Part shown: one piece after another, positions 1-11,587 of the stretch | Position numbering within the stretch: position 1 is the stretch's first letter | Layout: each line of letters begins with the position of its first letter | Assembly: GCA_032718475.1 (NCBI GenBank) | Contig: JAUCBJ010009002.1 | Location: 1 to 64,000, forward strand | Direction of reading: 5' to 3' | Source: Nemertoderma westbladi | Taxonomy: Eukaryota > Animalia > Xenacoelomorpha | Length of the DNA stretch: 64,000 nt | Notes under the pieces: generated by a model | The model's input: only the letters and a program-made list of their open reading frames with translations | What the model was told of the DNA's origin: nothing | Databases searched by the model: none | Position numbers and translations under genes: made by a program

Positions 1-1457
1 AAGTAGCCCATAGGAATACACTACATTTTTTTGGCGATTTTGGCCATTTTGGCCGCCAAAACGACCAAGTTAATGTTTATTGGGATTGGGGACTGTAGTG
101 CACCAATTTTCAGAAAATTTGAAAGTTACATTTTTCGTCTAATTGTTTTTCAATACAGGTTTTCTGGCCCGCAAAATACATTGGAAAATAGTTAAAAATG
201 ATATGATTACTATAAATGGCTGTTTAGTCCTCTCTGCGTAGGAAAAAAATGAAATAAACAAGTAACCAGCACTTTTCAGTTAGAACACAAAATTTTTAAT
301 TCAGTTATACGATGCTATAAATTCACATTTTCAGGTTTTCTAGGGCGCTGATTTTAATGGAATACATTTCTAAAATGCCCCATCATTGCTACTTGTATTT
401 TTCGGCGTAATTTGGCAAATTTTGGTGCTAGGACCAAATTTCGTACCCATTACCAAAAAGTACAAGTTTGCGATGTCCAGTGCTGTTTTTATTGATTCCA
501 TCGGATTCAGGATCCTCATAAACCCGTATAACGCAATAAACAAGATGATACTATCTACTGATCAATTTGCTTATTTTCCAAAATTTGGTTCTGGCACAAC
601 AATTTTCACCCACAGGCGAAAAATACAAGTTTAAAAACTCTTATGAAATTTTTACTGATTCCATTGAATTCAGAACCCTCACAAACCCGTATAACGCAAG
701 AAACAAGGTGACACAATCAATTTATATATTTGATGGTTTTCAAAATTTGGTGCTAGCACCACATTTTGCACCCACTTCCGAAAAATACAAGTTTGAGATG
801 ACTAGTTCGAAAATTATATATTCCATTCAATTCAGAATAGCCATAAACCTCTAAAACACAAGAAATGTATTGTCACAAACAATTTTATCAATTGAATGAA
901 TTTTCAAAATTTCGTGCTAGCACCAAAATTTGCACCCACCACCGAAAAATACAAGTTTGATACGCTTGGTGCAACTCGTATATATTTCATCGAAACCAGA
1001 ACCCCAAAAAACCCCAATTGCGTAAAAAACAAGTTTCACACAATCAATTTACAAAATTGACATATTTCAAAATTTGGTGCTGGCACCAAAAATTGGCACC
1101 CGCCGAAAAAAACAAGTTTGAAATTTCTAAATCAATTTATATGTATTCCATCCAATTGCTAACACCAAAAAACCGGTGTAAATCAAAAATAGAGATGTTA
1201 CAATTAATATTTAATGAAATTTAATTTTCAAAAAACGTCTCAAAAAAAGTGCCAAAAGTAGGGTTAAAAAATGGTGCTATAACTCGAAAACTACCCAATA
1301 TTTTTGAAAACAGTTTTCACTACTAGGAAGACAATAGATTTTTAGGAAAAGTCATAAAATTTCAGATTCCCAACTGCGTTTGCTTCAGAATTATAATTAA
1401 AAAAACACGGAGGGGGTCATATTGACCCCCCCCCCCCCCCCCCCGGGTTTAATAGGG
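1..1457. mobile_element. Right end of a non-autonomous piggyBac-like DNA transposon
   Basis: Ends GGGGGTCATATTGACCCCC...GGGTTTAATAGGG followed by TTAA (1458-1461), which is the CCCT/AGGG terminus plus TTAA target of piggyBac. No transposase ORF; the left end is outside the window. Confidence 0.6.
410..1225. repeat. Diverged ~163-bp tandem repeat (~5 units) inside the piggyBac-like element
   Basis: CAAAATTTGGTGCTAGCACC...AAAATACAAGTTTG recurs at about 416, 580, 741, 906 and 1068. Confidence 0.8.
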
Positions 1458-3184
1458 TTAAAATGAGTGCGGGTGGTCTAGCACTTGGCGTTCACTTATC
1501 GCAAAACAATGGAATTCACTGGGTAGAACACGTCGAATGTGAGAATATTTTAATAATTTACGGGGATAAATCCGCTTATTTTATCGGTGTCGAAACTTGG
1601 CCCTTGGCTGGTTTTAGACCAGCAAACTTACTACTGTATACTGGATACTGCTGTCAGCTCGATGCCCCACTATTTTCAAATAACCGCCTAGCGTGAATAG
1701 TCTACGGTATTCTAAACAATCACTTAAACTACTCTCCGCTATGCTGCGTACAAATTCTTATTTTTTATTTTAATATCGCTAAATTAATTACAGTCATAAA
1801 TACGAATTTGCGTACTAATTACTAGATATTCCAGAATACGTACTTCTAATTTATTACGTACTGGGTTATACTAGCAACAGCCTAAATACTGTATTATTTT
1901 GACCTAATCAGCAATTAATAAGCGTAAACTAAGAAATGGAAAGCAATCAAGGAAACAGCGCCTATCTAAGCATTCACATTCGAGAATCAGGCACTCTGTA
2001 GCAACACACCACAAGTAGCAATAAGCTAGTAGTACGGCAGATAGCGCTAACATCACCAGTCAGCTAGTGCACTAAAATACCCGTACGTTAGTACATCAGT
2101 ATACCAGTATTAGTCAGTGTAAGAACCACAGGCCACCCAAAGCCACACGTAGGCCTCCTAACTAAACCCAAATTCTGCCCCCTAACACTACAAGGTAGAG
2201 ACGAAAATCTGGATCATCAGCCCCCTAATACTGTAACAGCGGCAGGTGCCCGGTCCTCAACTGACTAGCCCCACCGCAACGGTGGCCCCCCGCCAGCGTT
2301 GCACCGCTTTGGATCCTCTGCACTTCCCTCCGTCGCTTCCCCCGGTGCGCCCGCCGCGCCTACCGGTACTTTAGCCCTTCATGCTAAAACAAATAGCTAC
2401 CGTATCGGCGCATGCATTCGCAAACAGTCTGAAGGTCTAAAAGAAATCCCCGTAAGGATTTTCGCATCTCAATTACATAGAAATCAAGAGTCAAATGTAG
2501 AAATCATAGTTTGAGATTGTAATTAAGAAATAATCAGCAGAATAATTATCAACAATTTACATAATTTGAAGAAAAGAAAAGCAAAGAATTCAAATCAGAA
2601 AAACTAAGAGGTATACAAAGCAAAATAACAGCATTACGGGCAAAAAGGCAATAGCACAGGTACAAGATAGATAGATAGATATACATACACCGGAACACGG
2701 CCAATTTATAGCTGACGAAATAGGGATGACGCAATAATCGTCTCATTGGTCCAGCAAGCCATGCCACCATTAGACTAACCTAGAACAGCTGGGCCAATGG
2801 GGAAGCCGGGTTGTGATCCCTTTCCCCCTATTTCACAAATTATTACCATATATTGTAATGAATTCTGTCCCGGTGGGCTTATAGGTTGCTGGCAATAACA
2901 TTAATTTCGCGATTATTAAATTAAGCATAATTCGATATAAAGCCAATTTAGAGAGAAATATAAAAGGAAATTAACACAAATACACAATTAATTCAGTCAA
3001 TATTGATAAACGGCAAATTCGTATTAAGGTTTTATAAGAGTTTGCCACCATAAATGTTATTTACTAAGATTTTATTATAATATTACATACGCAAACTACA
3101 TACTGTACAAAAACGGATGAAATATATAAACTTGGATATTTTATTGTTCCTATCTAATCACGGCCGTACATTATTATGACTTAT

Positions 3185-3645
3185 CTAAAATACTTCATAC
3201 TGTATAGTGGGCTGCTTCACTACACAGCGCCATATATCGTAACACAACTGCTTTAAATGCTGCTGTAATTGTTGCCGTTGCTGTTGCTGCTTTTCCAGTG
3301 CCAGCTGGTTTTGTTCACTCACTATTTCTCTTTGTTTATTTAATCGATTTAATTCAAAATCGATATTATTTAATTGTTTCATTTTATTATTCACTGCCTC
3401 CTGCATAGCTTGCAGATTTAATGAGGACTCATTTAATATTTCCCTATAAAGGGAATCTTCGTTCGAATCTTCGTTCTCCTGTTTAGGTCGAACAGTGGGT
3501 GTAACTATTCTATCCCTATATACTGTAGAAGTTTTGAGCTGTGACTGACTATCTGTCTGGCCACTACTTACAGTAATTGTCGAAATACCAAAGGGTGTTA
3601 ATTTGGTTTGGGTTACATTAGCCGCAGATGTTACGTTTAGCTTAG
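3185..3645 (-). pseudogene. Distal part of a 171-aa Ser/Thr-rich plus Gln-rich coiled-coil ORF split by the CRE insertion (proximal part 7928-7874)
   Basis: Removing the CRE and one TSD copy joins ATG AAC ACC...AAT CCA T to CT AAG CTA AAC... in frame: MNTPLAAPNIIPRLLINPSKLNVTSAANV...QQQQRQQLQQHLKQLC...YEVF* (55+461=516 nt). Confidence 0.6.
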
Positions 3646-3827
3646 ATGGATTTTTGATACTATGATATACTATTTCTTTATGTCATATAATTGATTAACA
3701 TTACAAGCATTTAGTTAAGAAATCAAGTCACATTAACGCAAAGAGATACAAACGTTAAGTAAAAGAGATATTAACATTAATATTGATTGTCTAAAGATAG
3801 CAGTACAGCCAAGGCTCCAAAGCTGTT

Positions 3828-6800
3828 CTAAATACTGCTTGGCAGCCCAGCACCGTCCTCAAACCCCTGCCCACTTCTCCACTTCACCCACAGGCCCCGT
3901 AGACAATGGGAGGCCCCGCGTATTATCGCGAACTGGGTCCGATCGCGAGTTCGGACCCAGCCCATCGTGGTGCTGAAAGGTCGCCCCCAGGAATGGTGCA
4001 GCCTATCAGCCAAGATACGGAGGAGGTGGTTTGCCTGCGGAGCGAGTACGCCGTCACAGGACGCAACAAACGGGGAGAAGTAACCTCGTCGTGCCGTCAC
4101 TGCTTCCGCGTACAGCCGCTTCTTTTGGTCTTCGGCCGACTCGAGGATAGACATTGGGGTACGACCCACATAGGACCCGGCGTCAAGGTTGATAACCCGA
4201 ATGTCTATCAACGCCTGGGTCTGTGGGTTTAGCGCACCCCGTATCCCCACATCGCACCGAAGACCTGCGGCACCCTCCACTCCCTGCTGCTCGCGGACAA
4301 CCGGCTCGCAGACTATGTTTCGAGATCCGAAAGCCATAGCCGAGAGGTCTCCAACCACATCCCGTAGTTCGTTATGGCGCTGTATAACAAGGCCGCCTTT
4401 TTTACAATTTAAACCGTGGTTTAAATTGAAGGCGGCCCCGCACCCATCGCACCGGCTTGGCACTGCCGCCAGGGGGTGGCCGTATCGGATCGCCAGCGCG
4501 TCCCGGAACTCCAGGGGGGACAAGTCCATCTGGTGGTCGGCCATGGGCAGGGAGGAGATCCACCCACTCGAACGGAAGTCGGCGGTACGTTGTACAGTCC
4601 GCCGGCGGTCCAGTGGCAGTTCCTCCAGCACAGCTTCCAAGTTGGATTTCTCTCTCCCAAGCTGCTGCTCCTGTCCTTCCTTCCTTGCCCGCTGTAGACA
4701 ACCGAGGTGTTGCGCGTTGGAGAACTCGCGGTGTCCCAAAATGGCCTCGGCAAGGGATCTGGTTCCCGCCCGCGATACGGCGTATGAATGTAGGGCCTCG
4801 GTTACGGGATTCCGCAGTCCCATTCCTGCCATCCGTGGGGAGAGGGCGAACAGAATGAGTTCATTGGAGGAGATTGGGCCGCCCAAGACGGCCAGCAGGA
4901 ATCTCTGTACGATTGCCTCCTCCAGTGGCTGGTACTCGTCACCACAGTCAGGGGATACCCGCTGTAGGTAGGCCCACTCCCTCTGGAGGGAGCAGGCCAT
5001 GGCAGCGAATGCGGCTTGGGGCTGGGACACCGCAATCTCGGCAAGGCGGTCCACCGATGCTACCCAGGCAGCAACCTTGGCGCGAACAAAACCCTTCCTT
5101 TCAGCGTCTCTACCAAGAAATCCCCCGAGGAATCGATTTCCCGTCACAATGTTTACGGAATGGCCTGCAAACACTCTTTCTGCTTCCTCCATGAATTGGG
5201 AAGCTACCACGAGGTAGCTTTTGCTGGGTTCGGGGAAGTATCCAAGGGTTGGGCCGAACCGCTGCAGTTCGAGGAACCACTCAAGGATGAGTTGCAGTTT
5301 ACCAGCCGCAGACGAGTCGTCGGCGAACCAATTCTGGAGTACAGGCGGCTTCCGGAGGCGGTGGATGAGGGGGAGGATACCTGAGGAGTACTCCAGCATC
5401 GCGAGGGGGTCTCCTTGAGTGGTTCCCTCCTCGCTGAATAGTATCTCCTCTGTCCCACGGATGGTTAGGATACTGTGCCCCCTGTAGCAATTAAAAAGAA
5501 ACAGGGAGCACCTGGGCCACTTCTGACGGGCGTTCCACAGCGCGGCTGTCCGGTTCAGCGAGTTGAACGCGTTGGATGCGTCAACGAGGAGAATCCCCCA
5601 GCCGTCCTCCTTCCGCTCCTCGAACAACTCCGCCATCGTGTCGACGGCGGCCTCCACCCCGGCTGACGTGCCTGTGGAGAGCTGCTCAGCGCCGCAGGTC
5701 GCAGTGACGTCATCACCCGTCGCTTCCGCCATGGATCGGCCGAGAATCCGCCGCAGACATTCCCGATGCCGATCGGGCGGACCCCCGGGCACTTGTCCAG
5801 GGCGATCAAACGGCAGGACATCAGGGCACGCACCGACTCCCAGGGTACGACTGAGTTCGCGAGGGCTCTCGCTATTCCCGCGACTGAGTCACGGAGGCGT
5901 TCACTGTGGGCACCATACCGGAGGAGGAAGTCGCCCCACCGCGTTGAGTCAGTCCCAGCAGGTCCGGCGCCACCGTATAGTCGGCGCGCTGCAGTCTCGA
6001 TATGCGATGCTGTGATGTCCACATCCACTCGAGTAGGGAGGTCCTGGTCGGTTTGGGTTAGAGATTCTGGTGGGGGTGGGGAAGCAGGGGGATGCTTGGC
6101 TCGTAAAAGGTCAAGGACCTTAACCTTCTGCCCTCCCATATCCACCTCATCATTAGGATCTAACACTCCCCCACTCTCCCGACTCGTTACCCATCTTACT
6201 GCGCTGCGGATCTTCCCTTCCAGCATCAACCGAGTGAACACACGGACAGTGTTCTCTTTGTCATCCTCGGCCGACTTACGTTTACCCTTCTGCCCCCTCC
6301 CAAACATAAGGGAGCTGCGTTCAGCCTCTTGAAGCAGCGCCTCGAGCTGCCCAGACCTCCACATCTCCAGTCTACGTATTAGAAGGCGACGGATATCAGC
6401 TGCCTTCATGACCTTTGGGTCGCGGTGGAGGAGCAGCGACTCGGTTAACAGGATCCGCTCCGAGCGCGCGATGGCGGCGTTGTGCTGCAGCCCCGTTAAG
6501 AAGGCCTTTGACTCTGCCGCCATCAGCTCGACTACATCTCTCCCTACAGCGCCCCCTGGCAGTCTATACTTTGCACCACACAGCTGGGTAGCTCATCTCC
6601 ACTGATGGAGGAGACAGTCCGGCGCGGGCCCCTTCCCAACCAAGGGGGCCCCAAAAGCCCTCACCATCAGGTCCTGCGGGTCCGTGTTGACGGGTGGGTT
6701 TGTACTCCAGTGCCGGCCGAAGTGAGTTGTGTCACCAGTAAATGTGGGTCCCGTCTGGGTAGGGGGGTACAACAGACTAGATGCACCAGGCTGATGTGCG

Positions 6801-7873
6801 AGACCTGCATCGTTTGTAGGGGGACCCGTATGACAGGGTGGCCCCAGCTGAGTAGGGTGACCCAAGAACTGAGTAGGGGGATCCGTCTGAGTAGGGGTGT
6901 CTGTCTGAGTGGGGGGATCCGTCTGAATAGGGGGATCCAACTCAGTAGGGGGACCCAAGAGCTGAGTAGGGAGATCCGTCTGGCTATGGGGACCCAACTG
7001 AGTTAGGACACCCGGCTGCGTAAGGGACACCGATTGAGTGAGGGGATCCGTCTGAGTAGGGGGGTCCAACTGAGTAAGAGGTTCCAACTGAGTAAGGGGA
7101 TCCAACTGCGTAGGGGGACCCAATAACTGAGTAGGGGGATCCGTCTGAGTAGGGGGATCTGTCTGAGTGGGGGGGTCCGTCTGAGTAGGGGGATCCAACT
7201 GAGTAGGGGGACCCAAGGACTGAGTAAGGGGATCCGTCTGAGTAGGGGGATCCGTCTGAGTAGTGGAATCCGTCTGAGTAGTGGGATCCGTCTGTGTAGG
7301 GGGATCCAAATGAGTAGGGGAACCCAAGAGCTGAGTAGGGTGATCCATCTGGCTTGGGGGACCCAACTGAGATACAACACCCGGCTGCGTAGGGGATACC
7401 AGCTGAGTAGGGGGACCCAAGAACTGAGTAAGGGGATCCGTCTGAGTAGGGGGATCCGTCTGAGTAGTGGGATCCGTCTGTGTAGGGGGATCCAAATGAG
7501 TAGGGGAACCCAAGAGCTGAGTAGGGTGATCCGTCTGGCTAGGGGGACCCAACTGAGATACAACACCCGGCTGCGTAGGGGACACCAGCTGAGTAGGGGG
7601 ACCCAAGAACTGACTAGGGGGATCCGTCTGAGTAGGGGGATCCAACTGAGTAGGGGGACCCAAGAGCTGAGTAGGGGGATCCGTACGGCTAGGGGGACCC
7701 AACAGAGTTCCAACGCCCGGTTGCGTAGGGGACACCAACTGAGTAGGGGGACCCAAGAACCAAGGATGGGGTACCATCTGACTAGGGGGATCCGGTTGAG
7801 TAGGGGGATCCGACTGAGTAGGGGAGCCCACCAGAGTTTCATCGAGGTCCTTCAACGTATCATCTAGTTCATC
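3828..7873 (-). pseudogene. CRE polyprotein ORF with one in-frame TGA (6593-6595) and one 1-nt frameshift (~5763)
   Basis: ORFs 6593..7855 and 5555..6523 are in frame across HQWR*ATQLCGAKYRLPGGAVGR. GVRPIGIG continues as ECLRRILGR in the 3828..5792 frame. Confidence 0.85.
6830..7825 (-). repeat. Coding minisatellite (18/21-bp units, PPTQTD/PPTQLLG) in the CRE N-terminus
   Basis: Repeated CTGAGTAGGGGGATCCGT / CTGAGTAGGGGGACCCAA units that keep the reading frame, plus a larger ~186-bp duplication. Confidence 0.9.
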
Positions 7874-7924
7874 ATGGATTTATTAATAAACGGGGAATAA
7901 TATTGGGTGCCGCAAGAGGGGTGT

Positions 7925-9421
7925 TCATAGGTCTGAAAAATCTGAGTCGGAGTCAGTTCTAAGAGTGTTGGGATTTTTAACAGAATTAGCGGGATTTTGA
8001 GGTGGCAGTTCTGGCAGGCGATGGCGTTCAGCCCATTCTAAACGCCTTCCACTTCTAGAAGTTCGAGATCTGTCCGACGATTTATCGAACTCGTCGGGGG
8101 AGGTATAGCAATCTAATTGCTTAGTCACGGTCTCCTTGCGGTGTTCATTTATTTGAGAGTCTGACTGTTGTTTTTCTATTGATTCAATTTCTTTTAGTAT
8201 GATCTCTCGCTCCCTTTCATCTTGCCTTCTTTTCTGTTTCACTAGAAACTGATTTCTGCATTCCTCTTGTTCCAATTCGCATTTTCGTTTCTCTGCTTCC
8301 GCTTCCACTTCGCGTTTTCGTTCCTCTGCTTCATATTCACGTTGTAAGCTTTCATCCCCGATCCGTTCGTTGAATTGTTTTAATTTGTTTTGTTTTTCCT
8401 CCTTGTCCCGGTCCATAATCGCTCTCCGTTGACTTTCTGTATCCATTTCATTATGGATATCCCTTAGGATTCTTGTAGTAGTGGGACTAGATGGCGGATG
8501 GCCACAAAGTCTTCTTATCAGCTCTTCTTCTCCCACTTGCTCTATGTATTCTCCGAGGTGTTCACGGATCGCATTTTCTTGTGGCGTTTGAGTCTCGGGT
8601 TCAGTCTGAGTGTATCCTTCAATGTCACAGGCATCAATTAGGGATGGATGATCGGAATCCAAATTTTCAGGATGAGAGGGTTCGCCTTGGATGGAGAGGC
8701 AAGTATGTGCTGACAAGGCGAATTTTCTTATATTTTCACTGGCTGTGGTTTCTATCACTGCAGCTCCAGTCCGGACGGCGGATTGATGGAAGGCAGAAAG
8801 GATTATTCGTATACATATTATTATCTCCTTAATGTCATAGAAGAGTGACGGAGAATTATCTATATTTGGGTCCCATAAGGCGGTTTCAAAACCGGAGATT
8901 TGTTTGGCAAATCCGGTTTGAAATCCCCTCAGGGTCCTTCCCACTTTGGTAATATCTGTGGGATCAGCCGGTACTTTCAACGCTGTCAATTCATCAGAGG
9001 TGGCAGAATGTAGTTGAAAAAACTTATAAAATGATGGATAATTGTAATATCGCAATACAGCCTGTTGCATATCTGTGACATACATGGAGAGTATCTGAAC
9101 TTCCGACCCCTTTTCGGTGGCCCTATAATTATCAATGGCCCTTAGTAGGCCAATTAATAAACCTGGGGAAGGGGCCATAAGTGGGTCCGTTCCTAACGGC
9201 AGGTTTAAACCTATGTCTGTGTCGACTTCTGTCCGATCTAAGTCGGAGGTCGCAGTCACTCGCGGTTGGTCTGGTTGTGATTCGAGGCCAGCAGTGGGTT
9301 GGTTAGTTCTGGTGACGGGGGGTGGTCGATTTAATTTTGAAGGCATAATGGGGTTGCCTGTCTGATTGGAACTGGAATATTCCGGTTTGGGCAATTCTCC
9401 TAAGGGTAACCTACCTATCAA
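7925..9421 (-). CDS. Uncharacterised ~498-aa protein (helical domain plus charged coiled coil), TE-associated, possibly a BEL Gag N-terminal-like region
   Basis: Long open non-repetitive frame with an E/K/R coiled coil. The paralogous copy at 9628-10396 differs at many synonymous sites. Confidence 0.55.
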   Translation of the reverse strand: MIGRLPLGELPKPEYSSSNQTGNPIMPSKLNRPPPVTRTNQPTAGLESQPDQPRVTATSDLDRTEVDTDIGLNLPLGTDPLMAPSPGLLIGLLRAIDNYRATEKGSEVQILSMYVTDMQQAVLRYYNYPSFYKFFQLHSATSDELTALKVPADPTDITKVGRTLRGFQTGFAKQISGFETALWDPNIDNSPSLFYDIKEIIICIRIILSAFHQSAVRTGAAVIETTASENIRKFALSAHTCLSIQGEPSHPENLDSDHPSLIDACDIEGYTQTEPETQTPQENAIREHLGEYIEQVGEEELIRRLCGHPPSSPTTTRILRDIHNEMDTESQRRAIMDRDKEEKQNKLKQFNERIGDESLQREYEAEERKREVEAEAEKRKCELEQEECRNQFLVKQKRRQDEREREIILKEIESIEKQQSDSQINEHRKETVTKQLDCYTSPDEFDKSSDRSRTSRSGRRLEWAERHRLPELPPQNPANSVKNPNTLRTDSDSDFSDL

Positions 9422-9469
9422 CAGCAGCTACCGAAAGGTTACTTCGGAGTAGGACAGTCATGTGACTAA

Positions 9470-9627
9470 TATTGCTTGTAGAAACAACAAACAATTCCAC
9501 CCAAGAATTTTATTGCTTTTTTAAATATTACACTGACAGAGATCCAAGTTGTAAATAATGGATCTGAGGGGGAAATAATGAGCTGAAATGTTAAATAGCT
9601 CTATGATATGTATGTATATCGGTTAAT
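9470..9627. repeat. ~155-bp direct repeat (second copy ~10990-11148)
   Basis: Both copies contain AATTCCACCCAAGAA...CCAAGTTGTAAATAATGGATCT...TGAGCTGAAATGTTAA...TATGTATATCGGTTAA. Confidence 0.85.
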
Positions 9628-10396
9628 AGCAGTCTCTATCACTGCGGCTCCTGTCCGGACAGCGGATTGGTGGAAGGCAGAAAGAATGATACGGATGCGT
9701 ATGATTCTCTCCTTGATGTCATAGAAGAGAGAGGGAGTGTTGTCTACATTAGGGTCCCTTGAGATGGTTTCAAAGCCGGATATCTGTTTAATAAATCCGG
9801 TCAGAAATCCTCTCAGGGTCCTTCCCACTTTGGTGATGTCAGTTGGGTCTGTAGGTACTTTCAACTCCGTTAGTTCATCAGAGGTGGCAGAATGTAGTGG
9901 AAAAAACTTATCCATTGAAGGATAATTGTAGTATTGCAATACAGTCTGTTGCATCTCTGTAATGGTCATTGAAAGTATCTGTACTTTCGAACTCCTTTCG
10001 GAGGCTCTGTAATTGTCAATGGCCCTTTGTAGACCGATAAATAAACCTGGGGAAGGGGCCATTAGTGGGTCCGTTCCTATCCGCAGGTTTAATCCTGTGG
10101 CTGTATCAACTTCCGTCCGGTCTAAGTCGGAAGTCGCAGTCACATTTGTCCATTTGTGTTTCGAGGCCAGTAGTGGATTGGTCAGTTTGGGTGACAGGGG
10201 GTGGTCGACCTAATTTAGAGGGCATAATAGGGTCACCTAATTGATTGGAACCAGGGCGCTCCGGCTCGGGCAATTCTCTAGTCAGGGATCTGTCCGAGTC
10301 AGAATGCATCGGTATCGCAGTCACATCAAGATTAGGAGTTTGGTCACTAAGGGAACTGTCTGAAGCGCTTTTATGAGCACTGGAGCGATAAGACAT
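9628..10396 (-). pseudogene. Truncated, frameshifted paralogue of the 7925-9421 ORF
   Basis: ORFs 10106..10396 and 9601..10143 align to it (TATSDLDRTEVDT...SAFHQSAVRTGAAVIET) and break off at ~9628. It starts at an AAAAATG context. Confidence 0.8.
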
Positions 10397-11587
10397 TTTT
10401 TGCTAAATATTATTTAGACAAAATTTTATTATATTAACCCCTTTTGTGATTGTTATGCCTTCCCTTTATTATCGACCATTTATTGCAACAACAATAATAT
10501 ATTATAAATAATTATTACAATTGCACCCAAATAAATAACACGGTATTAGTTCACTCTCACAAATCGCCAATCACCGGTAAATAATAAAAATGGGACCGGT
10601 AATTTATCTGTGTAGAATAATGCCGTGATAGATATTTTGTTTCACCGCTAGGTGGGGAGAATTATCAGGTTTAACTCTTTACAAGCAAGAATATCACCAA
10701 GAGTAATGAATTATCTCCTATTGGTTCAGAGATTAGTACAATCCAACAGTAATGAAGGTGAGGCTGGCTTAGGTAGTATACCACTATTAGGAAGGGGTAT
10801 GCTATGCTTTGATGTAACACAGCTAATCACCAATCAATTAATTGTATAAGCTGTTGCAGAGGCGAGCAAGCTGAGGTACAATGGCTATCACTGCAACGTG
10901 GCCTACCTAGCTACAGCTACTAAGGCAGAGAATGCAAGCCTATCTATCGGGTTGTCCGGGTTACTCGGTGAGAGGACTGGTCAGGTGATTGATATTACTT
11001 GTAAAACGACAAATAATTCCACCCAAGAAATATATTGGTTTTTTGAAATATTACGCTGACAGAGGTCCAAGTTGTAAATAATGGATCTAAGGTGGCAATA
11101 ATGAGCTGAAATGTTAAGTAGCTCGATTATATGTATGTATATCGGTTAAATGTTCCTTTTAGGTTTATTATGGAATAATAATATCGGAATAAATAACCGC
11201 ACAACATATAAAATAATGTAAAACATTACTTATACCTAAAGTACCTACGTTACAAGTGGTGGTGCAAACTTTGAGTTTACTTTAATGTAGTACACTAAAA
11301 AAACAAAATTGGCAGAACAATAAGACTGTGGGAATTTACCGGGGGGTATATAAAATGTTTCGAGCGTTTAGGACGTCGAAACCAGGCAAGAGACAGGATT
11401 GAAGAATGTTTATTATTGGAGGGGGAATAGGACAATGTTTATTACTGGAGGGGGAATAGGACAATGTTTATTACTGTTAGCGCTTTTAGTAAAATATGTT
11501 CTTTCAATCTCAATTTCATATATTCTGACTCTTTTGTTACTTGCGCCGGGATCCTATGCATTTAGGGCCTTTGGACACTGGTCTGAT

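Larger units (their letters stand above)
3654..7873 (-). mobile_element. CRE-clade non-LTR retrotransposon (RT + CCHC finger + restriction-like endonuclease), probably 5'-truncated
   Basis: Motifs LIALDKCPGVRPIGIG, LLVDASNAFNSLNR, TTQGDPLAM, WFADD, GYFPEPSKS, CDGC..H...C, RHNELRD, RCD..ALIDIRV and FSPFVASCDG. 8-bp direct repeat ATGGATTT at 3646-3653 and 7874-7881. ~170-bp AT-rich 3' UTR. Confidence 0.88.

Noticed and set aside
386-1224. Short similar ORFs at the start of the window
   Set aside because: Translations of the ~163-bp internal repeats; no transposase motifs.
3906-7867. Many overlapping plus-strand and alternate-frame ORFs
   Set aside because: Shadow frames of the GC-rich CRE ORF and its minisatellite.
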